A stretch of DNA of 5,066 nt, taken from UHGV virus genome UHGV-0258172. One strand, 5' to 3'. The position numbers were made by a program, and so were the translations under genes. Below the pieces are notes generated by a model. It was not told the DNA's origin and did no database searches. It saw nothing but the letters and a program-made list of their open reading frames with translations. Of this stretch, positions 1 to 5,066 are shown one piece after another. This DNA is from a virus. Within the stretch, counting starts at the first letter, position 1. Each line of letters opens with the position of its first letter.

Positions 1-576
1 AAAAGGCTTACCACCAAGCTCAACCTTGTCAATACCAGCGTCATTAGAACCAACACGGGTAGTATCGTCAGTATCCAATAGAAGCGGGTCAACAAGATTC
101 TGGTCGCGAAACCATTCATTCATAATCATGGTATACGCACGGAAGGGAAGGGCACTCACGCTTAAACCAGAAACACCAGTGGGAATACCGAAATAATCGG
201 CAATCGTACCAATATTCCAACCTCCAGAAGGAGCAGTCACCTGAGGAATAGAATACTCAACCTCAGGAATCCATGCACTCTGTGTATTCTCACCATTAAA
301 CTCTTTCCAATGGTCCCATACAAGACGATTAGGAACAAAGAAATAATAGGTATCGAGATATACATTATCCATCATCGGAGTTAAGAGCGTCTGAAAACGA
401 ACAACTTTACTAGTTGAAATCTTAAATGTATCACCAGGCAAAACTTCATCTAAATAAAAAGGTACAACATCACCAACATTAAACGAAGTCTTAAGGCTAG
501 AACTACGGTCAAACTGAGACCGAGAAATATTTGCTTTAGGCAGGGTAGAAAAACGACTATTCTGGTTGCGACTCAC
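1..576 (-). CDS. VP1: Major capsid protein VP1 (F-like), N-terminal part (codons 1-192); continues across the circular junction into 5066..3936
   Basis: Not in the ORF track. Hand translation from GTG at 576 is open to position 1: MSRNQNSRFSTLPKANISRSQFDRSSSLKTSFNVGDVVPFYLDEVLPGDTFK...TPMMDNVYLDTYYFFVPNRLVWDHWKEFNGEN...IADYFGIP...SALPFRAYTMIMNEWFRDQNL...GGKPF. These are hallmark Microviridae VP1 motifs (SRSxFD, EVLPGDTF, FFVPxRLxW, LPFRAY, NEWFRDQNL). Shine-Dalgarno TAAGGAGGT at 593-585. Confidence 0.97.
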   Translation of the reverse strand, partial: MSRNQNSRFSTLPKANISRSQFDRSSSLKTSFNVGDVVPFYLDEVLPGDTFKISTSKVVRFQTLLTPMMDNVYLDTYYFFVPNRLVWDHWKEFNGENTQSAWIPEVEYSIPQVTAPSGGWNIGTIADYFGIPTGVSGLSVSALPFRAYTMIMNEWFRDQNLVDPLLLDTDDTTRVGSNDAGIDKVELGGKPF

Positions 577-1024
577 TTGTAGAAACCTCCTTATTTTCTT
601 CTAACTGAGACCAGCCCATTTTACGAGCGAACTCTTGAGAATCCATAGACGAGATAAACTCGCTAAAATTGAAATTAAACCGCTCACGAACTTCAAGAGG
701 CAACTGTTCAAAAAACTGCTCAGATTCATTAATAACATTCAACATCTCAGCATAAGACGTAGGCAAATTGGTGAAATCTCCAAAAGTACCCTGTGTTTTA
801 GCCAAAGCGTCAGGGTCTCCAGCAACAAACTTAGACAAAATAGTATCAATATCGACAGATTCAGCATGAGATTGAATCATATCATAAATATCATCCTGTC
901 CATTTGGCACAAGTTCCAACTGTCCAATATCATTATATCGAGTACGATATTTCTGACGTTTACGATTACCAGGATTAGCAAAAATACGACCGTGAGGGTC
1001 AAACGCTGTCTTAAACTGCATCAT
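557..1024 (-). CDS. VP3: Internal scaffolding protein VP3 (B-like), about 155 aa
   Basis: Motifs IQSHAESVDIDTILSKF, GxFGDFTNLPTSYAEMLN and FEQLPLEVRERFNFNFSEFI resemble gokushovirus VP3. The start is moved from 1033 to 1024 because GGAGG (1038-1034) abuts the 1033 ATG but lies 9 nt from the 1024 ATG. The 3' end overlaps the VP1 start by 20 nt. Confidence 0.85.
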   Translation of the reverse strand: MMQFKTAFDPHGRIFANPGNRKRQKYRTRYNDIGQLELVPNGQDDIYDMIQSHAESVDIDTILSKFVAGDPDALAKTQGTFGDFTNLPTSYAEMLNVINESEQFFEQLPLEVRERFNFNFSEFISSMDSQEFARKMGWSQLEENKEVSTSESQPE

Positions 1025-1271
1025 CTTTATCATCCTCCATCAAAGAAGCACCACGAGCAACAAAAACAGGAGAAGCAGCAGAATCCAAAGTACCTAACTC
1101 AGTATCGTAAGTACCAATCAGATACAAATCCAAATCTTCCAAAGGAACGGTAAGCTGCTGACCTTTAAAAGACATTACAAACTGTCGAATAGCAACATCA
1201 TTGCTATACGCATCAAACAAAGGACCAAAACCGGTCAAACGATCACGAATTGAATAGAGATTCTTAATCAT
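1011..1271 (-). CDS. VP5: Non-structural protein VP5, 86 aa
   Basis: LYSIRD...FGPLF...NDxVAIRQF...DLDLYLIGTYDTELG pattern, size and position match gokushovirus VP5. SD GGAGGT at 1285-1280. ATG overlaps the VP8 stop (ATGA). Confidence 0.85.
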   Translation of the reverse strand: MIKNLYSIRDRLTGFGPLFDAYSNDVAIRQFVMSFKGQQLTVPLEDLDLYLIGTYDTELGTLDSAASPVFVARGASLMEDDKDDAV

Positions 1272-1381
1272 AATCTAATACCTCCACGATAAACTTTAGG
1301 CTCAATGTTTATTTTTTTACTTTTACTTGCTGTCCTGGAAAAAATTTTTCTATCCTTTCCAGCTCTAACGGATTTTCGCAT
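1268..1381 (-). CDS. VP8: Small basic DNA-binding/packaging protein VP8 (J-like), 37 aa
   Basis: Not in the ORF track. Hand translation: MRKSVRAGKDRKIFSRTASKSKKINIEPKVYRGGIRL*. It is Lys/Arg rich and has the FxRTA and C-terminal RGGIRL motifs of gokushovirus VP8. SD TAAGGAGGT at 1397-1389. ATG overlaps the VP4 stop (TAATG). Confidence 0.92.
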   Translation of the reverse strand: MRKSVRAGKDRKIFSRTASKSKKINIEPKVYRGGIRL

Positions 1382-2457
1382 TACAACGACCTCCTTAATT
1401 TTTTTAAAGAAAGCTTTTTGCTTTCTTCATTCACAATTAAAAGCTCTCTCATAGAGATGTCAGTTAATGACATACTTATTTCTTCAAAGTCCGTCTGCGC
1501 AGCCTTTCTGTTCGCTTTAATGTCCGCCAAATGCTCTGAATGTTCTTCAGCATATTTAGACTCAAAATACTTAGGCCAACTAAAAGCAAGGCCACCATCA
1601 ACAGTAGAAACAACAATCCGTTCATCGGGCGATTTCTCCTTCAAAAACTGTTCATAGTAGGGAATACCTATACCAGGCTTACGACTCATCAAAAGAAACG
1701 GGCGTTCTATACCATAGAAATCATAGGCAGCTTCGGCATCCTCACCAGAAAGTTTCTTTGTGCAATATCTCGCTACATACGCAGCAGACTTAAAACCAAC
1801 ATCACCAATAATATGATTGCCAAAAGGCCAAAGCTCTGAAAGAATCTTGGATGTATAATAAGCATTACCTCGCTCATTTCTAAGCAACACCTTATCCGGC
1901 AAATCTAAGCCAAATATCAACGCATGATAATGAGGACGCAACGTCTCAGGACCATATTCACCACAAGCATAAAACCTCAACGTCGGATTATCATCAACAA
2001 TAGTAATAGCTGAATTAGCAAAAGTATCATCAATATGGTACGCCACATAACGTCTCAACCTCTTCATGAATTTCTGAAAATCTGACTTTTTTAATGTCAT
2101 CGCTTCACGCGCTTCGCCATTTTCACGTTCACCATAAAGAACGCGAGGAACACATAAATCATCATATGTTAAAGTCAAAAAAAGGGAGGACTTATGTAAT
2201 TTAGACTCTAGCACACAACGATTAGCCCACATTCGAGAATACTCTAATTTGCAACCGACACATTTACCACATGGAATCGGACTAAATGGGTCTTTATACC
2301 GCTCTGCATAGGGGCTTCGAAAATCTGTCGTAACAGCACACCAACGACCCTTTTTAAACTCAAGATGGTCCGTGCCATTCGGATATATTTTTAAATTCTT
2401 CTTACCAGAAGGAAGAATACCAAAATCAAACGCTACCAAAGGATGATAACAGGGCAT
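1381..2457 (-). CDS. VP4: Rolling-circle replication initiator VP4 (HUH endonuclease, A-like), 358 aa
   Basis: N-terminal MPCYHP...PCGKCVGC, RCR motif I FLTLTY, CGEYG, motif II RPHYHALIFG, motif III YVARYCTKK (two tyrosines), and MSRKPGIG. Confidence 0.97.
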   Translation of the reverse strand: MPCYHPLVAFDFGILPSGKKNLKIYPNGTDHLEFKKGRWCAVTTDFRSPYAERYKDPFSPIPCGKCVGCKLEYSRMWANRCVLESKLHKSSLFLTLTYDDLCVPRVLYGERENGEAREAMTLKKSDFQKFMKRLRRYVAYHIDDTFANSAITIVDDNPTLRFYACGEYGPETLRPHYHALIFGLDLPDKVLLRNERGNAYYTSKILSELWPFGNHIIGDVGFKSAAYVARYCTKKLSGEDAEAAYDFYGIERPFLLMSRKPGIGIPYYEQFLKEKSPDERIVVSTVDGGLAFSWPKYFESKYAEEHSEHLADIKANRKAAQTDFEEISMSLTDISMRELLIVNEESKKLSLKKLRRSL

Positions 2458-2501
2458 TCTATATCACTCTCCAACGCAACAAAATAAGACTTTTTGCAGC
2501 A

Positions 2502-2612
2502 TTACCTAAACAATGCAAGCAAAAAAGGACCTACAAACAAAATTCCAAGGTAAATTAATACACCATAAATCAAAATTCTCAATACTCGAAATAATTTATC
2601 TAATTCACTCAT
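2502..2612 (-). CDS. Hypothetical 36-aa single-pass membrane protein
   Basis: Not in the ORF track. Hand translation: MSELDKLFRVLRILIYGVLIYLGILFVGPFLLALFR*. SD AGGAG at 2623-2619, 6 nt before ATG. It lies on the coding strand and has 23 consecutive uncharged, mostly hydrophobic residues (I13-F35) flanked by Arg. Confidence 0.7.
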   Translation of the reverse strand: MSELDKLFRVLRILIYGVLIYLGILFVGPFLLALFR

Positions 2613-2624
2613 TTTTTTCTCCTA

Positions 2625-2725
2625 TATATTAATTTAATCAATTTAATATTTTTAGAGTTAATTTTATTTGTTAATTTAGATATATCATAGATTTTTTAGA
2701 ATTGCAATAGGTTGTATTAATTTTG
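2625..2725 (-). promoter_or_regulatory. Very AT-rich intergenic tract, probable main promoter region for the micro-ORF/VP4 operon
   Basis: Only 8 G/C in the 70 nt from 2631 to 2700. On the - strand, TTGCAA (2707-2702) is followed by 17 nt and then TATATC (2684-2679), preceded by TGn as in an extended -10. The -10 match is imperfect, so the exact promoter is uncertain. Confidence 0.45.
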
Positions 2726-2729
2726 TGTC

Positions 2730-2769
2730 ACTCTGCCCTTATAATATCAAGTATGTATAAGGGCAGAGT
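2730..2769 (-). other. Putative viral-strand replication origin: 14-bp perfect stem-loop carrying a phiX174-like nick sequence
   Basis: ACTCTGCCCTTATA (2730-2743) and TATAAGGGCAGAGT (2756-2769) are exact reverse complements around a 12-nt loop. The - strand reads ACTTGATATTA at 2752-2742, matching the core of the phiX174 origin CAACTTG^ATATTAATAAC. Predicted nick between 2748 and 2747. Confidence 0.8.
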
Positions 2770-2771
2770 AA

Positions 2772-2790
2772 GATGGCTCTGGAAGCCATC
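2772..2790. repeat. Short inverted repeat (7-bp stem, 5-nt loop)
   Basis: GATGGCT (2772-2778) / AGCCATC (2784-2790), immediately adjacent to the origin hairpin. Confidence 0.6.
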
Positions 2791-2815
2791 GCCTGCCGCG
2801 CTCACGCTTGGCATA

Positions 2816-2861
2816 CCTATAATTTTTGGCAAGCCGCGCGCGACCTGCCAAAAACTATAGG
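2816..2861 (-). repeat. 21-bp stem-loop just downstream of VP2 (terminator, mRNA 3' structure or complementary-strand origin)
   Basis: The - strand reads CCTATAGTTTTTGGCAGGTCG-CGCG-CGGCTTGCCAAAAATTATAGG: 18 Watson-Crick pairs plus 3 G-T wobbles. It begins 13 nt after the VP2 stop codon. Confidence 0.8.
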
Positions 2862-2874
2862 TTTTATCAATCAA

Positions 2875-3924
2875 CTATGAGCCAAAACCTTTACCAGAGA
2901 AACTACCACGGCCATAATCATGAGTGAAATAATTTGTACCAAGTAATTCATTAGCCGCACCAGTAGCAAATTCCCATTCATTAGAGGGGAAAGTACGCTT
3001 CATAAACTCAGTAAACTCTTGTTCTGACTTCTGTAGAGCTATCTTATTTTCATTACTTTGGTCAGTAGCATAACGAGAAGCATCAGCTGAAACATCAGCA
3101 GCATATTTACTTGCCTGCGCAATCTGAGAAGAATTCCAACGCGATGAACCGGCTTGAAGCTCTGCAACTGACTGCTGGGCCCATGCAGAAACATTAGAAG
3201 CATACTGTGAGGCGCTACGTGCCTGGTCAGCGGCATATCTATGGGCACTCGAGGACATAGCCGCAGAAGAAACAACGGCGTCATGGCTTAACTGAGCGGT
3301 CTGTAGAGCCGTCGCTGAATTAAGATGACCAAGATATTTATCCATCGCAATATACTTATCAGCAATAGACTCATTAACACGTGCATTTGTATTTGCAACT
3401 TCCAAATTATTACGATAACCAAGAATGGAAGAAAGCAGATTTACCATTGCACCAGCAGTAGCCGTATCAGCAGAAGCAGAAGCACCAGTTCCTTGAGTTG
3501 AAGAAGCAGTAGCACCAGAACCTGTAGAAGCACCCTGTCCGCCATTGGCGGACAGAACAGGATTCAAACCAGCAGCAAGCAAATCTTGCACCTCTCTCTG
3601 ATGAGCGGTATTCGACATATACTCCTGCCAATCACGATTTTTTTGTGCTTCCTTAGCATTAAAATTCATAGCTCTCTCTTGAGACTGAGTCTGATATGCC
3701 ATCTGCTTATCAGCCTGTTCAGCATTAAAAGCATTGTTAGCTTCACGGATAGAATTAAGAGTTCCAAAAACATCGGCACCTTGTTGAATCTGACCAGAAA
3801 AAGACGTCTCCAGGTCGGAACCCTGATTAAATGCAGGAACAGCGGGTCGACCTGTTGTAGAATTCATCAAACCAGAAGAAGCAGGAACAGCAGGACGACC
3901 TGTACTAGAATTCATTAATGCCAT
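2875..3924 (-). CDS. VP2: DNA pilot protein VP2 (H-like), 349 aa
   Basis: Directly follows VP1. Conserved block EAQKNRDWQEYMSNTAHQREVQDLLAAGLNPVLSA followed by a G/A/S-rich linker. Ala/Ser/Gln/Asn-rich coiled-coil composition. SD GAGGTGA at 3935-3929. Confidence 0.95.
   Translation of the reverse strand: MALMNSSTGRPAVPASSGLMNSTTGRPAVPAFNQGSDLETSFSGQIQQGADVFGTLNSIREANNAFNAEQADKQMAYQTQSQERAMNFNAKEAQKNRDWQEYMSNTAHQREVQDLLAAGLNPVLSANGGQGASTGSGATASSTQGTGASASADTATAGAMVNLLSSILGYRNNLEVANTNARVNESIADKYIAMDKYLGHLNSATALQTAQLSHDAVVSSAAMSSSAHRYAADQARSASQYASNVSAWAQQSVAELQAGSSRWNSSQIAQASKYAADVSADASRYATDQSNENKIALQKSEQEFTEFMKRTFPSNEWEFATGAANELLGTNYFTHDYGRGSFSGKGFGS
3832..3918 (-). repeat. Tandem duplication (48-nt period) at the 5' end of VP2
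   Basis: 3918-3880 encodes LMNSSTGRPAVPA and 3870-3832 encodes LMNSTTGRPAVPA; 33/39 nt and 12/13 aa identical. Confidence 0.9.
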
Positions 3925-3935
3925 AACATCACCTC

Positions 3936-5066
3936 TTAATGATGATCAATCAATCCGGGAATACTGTACATCGGCATTGGCCGGGTACAAATATTCTTTA
4001 CATAAAGGTCTGCAAACAACTGATTAGATACCGAGGACTGCACAGCAAGAACGCGGTCAACTGTTTTAGCATCTTCTTGTATCCATTCAGCAGAAAGACG
4101 CGGCAACGCAGAATAATCATCACCTAAATGCCAAACATCCAACGACGCCGGCGCAGAAGAACGCATCTCACCAGTCACACGATTAGGTTTATAACGATAC
4201 TCAGCCCAGGCTTCTTGATAGCCAAAGACTTCATCATCTACCTCAGTACCTTGCGCATAAATCTCTTTATTTTTTACAGCTTGTTCACCGATATTAGCAA
4301 GAACAGGCCAATAGAAGTCAAAACGACCTTTGCGAGACCAAAGACGGTCAAGACCTTGCTGATACGTATGGTCATAACGAGCAACTAACAAACCAATCAC
4401 ATAACCATGCTCAGTAAACGACTTAGTAAAATCACTATGACGGTCTGTAGTCAAAGATTGACCAGAAGTAGCACCTTGCGGAGTAGAACCTTCAACAGTA
4501 CCAGAAGTCTGAATAACCTGATTAATATTAATAGGAATCCGATTACCTCCTAAATACTCAGGACGCTGTAATCTCGCATCAGGAGATACAACTCCAAAAT
4601 GACTACGAAGAATCTCAGTATAACGAGTACCTCCTCTCGCATCACGCTCATACAATTTCTGAATCTGGAACGCCATACGAAGCTGATTAATAGTTGCAGC
4701 TGCCTGAGAGCCTGTATTGATAGCCCAAAGGTTAGCAGGCATTATCGGATAACCATTTTTAGGGTCTACACCTGTAGCAGGAATAGAAGCAAGATTAGCA
4801 GGAAAAGACTTTTCAGAAGATACAACAGAAGGAGCCGTTCCATTATTAGCTACACCATATGAACGAACCTCAGGATTACTGGTTGAAGCAAAACCAGTAT
4901 AAACCGTATTATAAAAAGTAGAAAGACCAGAAGCCGCAGAAGCATCTTCATTCAAAGCAACAACCGGCAGGGAAGCACCAGCACCTGTTACAGGAATCAT
5001 AACATCAGGACCTTTTTGAGGCGCCGGAAGGCAAGAGGTAAAATAATCGTGATACTTAGCAGCAAC
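3936..5066 (-). CDS. VP1: Major capsid protein VP1 (F-like), C-terminal part; joined gene is 576..1 + 5066..3936, 568 aa
   Basis: The 354-aa ORF-track entry extends upstream in frame to 5066 (VAAKYHDYFTSCLPAPQKGPDV-MIP). Motifs include TINQLRxAFQxQKLYERDARGGTRYxE, PDARLQRPEYLGG, FTEHG, FGYQEAWAEYRY and RPMPMYSIPGLIDHH*, typical of gokushovirus VP1. Confidence 0.98.
   Translation of the reverse strand, partial: VAAKYHDYFTSCLPAPQKGPDVMIPVTGAGASLPVVALNEDASAASGLSTFYNTVYTGFASTSNPEVRSYGVANNGTAPSVVSSEKSFPANLASIPATGVDPKNGYPIMPANLWAINTGSQAAATINQLRMAFQIQKLYERDARGGTRYTEILRSHFGVVSPDARLQRPEYLGGNRIPININQVIQTSGTVEGSTPQGATSGQSLTTDRHSDFTKSFTEHGYVIGLLVARYDHTYQQGLDRLWSRKGRFDFYWPVLANIGEQAVKNKEIYAQGTEVDDEVFGYQEAWAEYRYKPNRVTGEMRSSAPASLDVWHLGDDYSALPRLSAEWIQEDAKTVDRVLAVQSSVSNQLFADLYVKNICTRPMPMYSIPGLIDHH

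Noticed and set aside
635..1153. 172-aa + strand ORF
   Set aside because: Antisense to VP3 and VP5, no recognisable motif or SD; microvirus genes lie on one strand.
1418..1839. + strand ORFs 1418..1657 and 1540..1839
   Set aside because: Antisense shadows of VP4 with no motifs.
2464..2466. Possible stop-codon reassignment (TGA read-through into VP4)
   Set aside because: TGA ends VP8 exactly after its conserved RGGIRL terminus, TAG and TAA end the other genes, and VP4 begins at the typical MPCYHP. The standard code fits.
2631..2724. Short repeats in the AT-rich tract (AATTTAAT twice, TTTAGA three times)
   Set aside because: Expected by chance at about 90% AT; spacing is irregular; not a CRISPR or iteron array.
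2734..2761. Loose resemblance to a dif/XerCD site (TGCCCTTATAA-TATCAA-GTATGTATAAG), relevant because some gokushoviruses integrate at dif
   Set aside because: The XerD-like arm deviates from TTATGTTAAAT at several positions, and the sequence is better explained as the origin hairpin. A dif profile search would settle it.
3039..3284. 81-aa alternative-frame ORF inside VP2 with a Leu/Met-rich hydrophobic tail, superficially like an overprinted lysis gene (E within D)
   Set aside because: No SD upstream. The Leu/Met richness is the expected by-product of reading GCT/GAT/TAT-rich Ala-Asp-Tyr repeats in a shifted frame. Not strictly excluded.
3586..4862. + strand ORFs 3586..3918, 3939..4127, 4128..4388 and 4599..4862
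   Set aside because: Antisense shadows of VP2 and VP1, explained by the T-ending codon bias of the real genes.
4998..5000. ORF-track start of the capsid at ATG 5000
   Set aside because: Internal Met; the frame is open upstream through the circular junction to GTG 576.

Overview
This window is very probably a complete, circularly permuted 5,066-nt ssDNA phage genome of the Microviridae (gokushovirus-like), with every credible gene on the - strand. The major capsid gene starts at a GTG at 576, runs off position 1 and continues in frame at 5066 (junction reads ...ELGGKPF|VAAKYHDYFTSCLPAPQKGPDV...), which indicates the two ends join seamlessly. Gene order on the coding strand: VP1 capsid - VP2 pilot - non-coding hairpin cluster with a phiX174-like nick site - AT-rich promoter region - unannotated 36-aa single-transmembrane ORF - VP4 Rep - VP8 small basic DNA-binding protein (37 aa, not in the ORF track) - VP5 - VP3 scaffold - VP1. 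The overall architecture is a known virus type. The parts most worth a second look are the orphan membrane micro-protein (candidate lysis or exclusion gene), the strand-specific hairpins around the origin, and a tandem duplication at the N-terminus of the pilot protein. All calls come from reading the sequence by eye; no database search was run.
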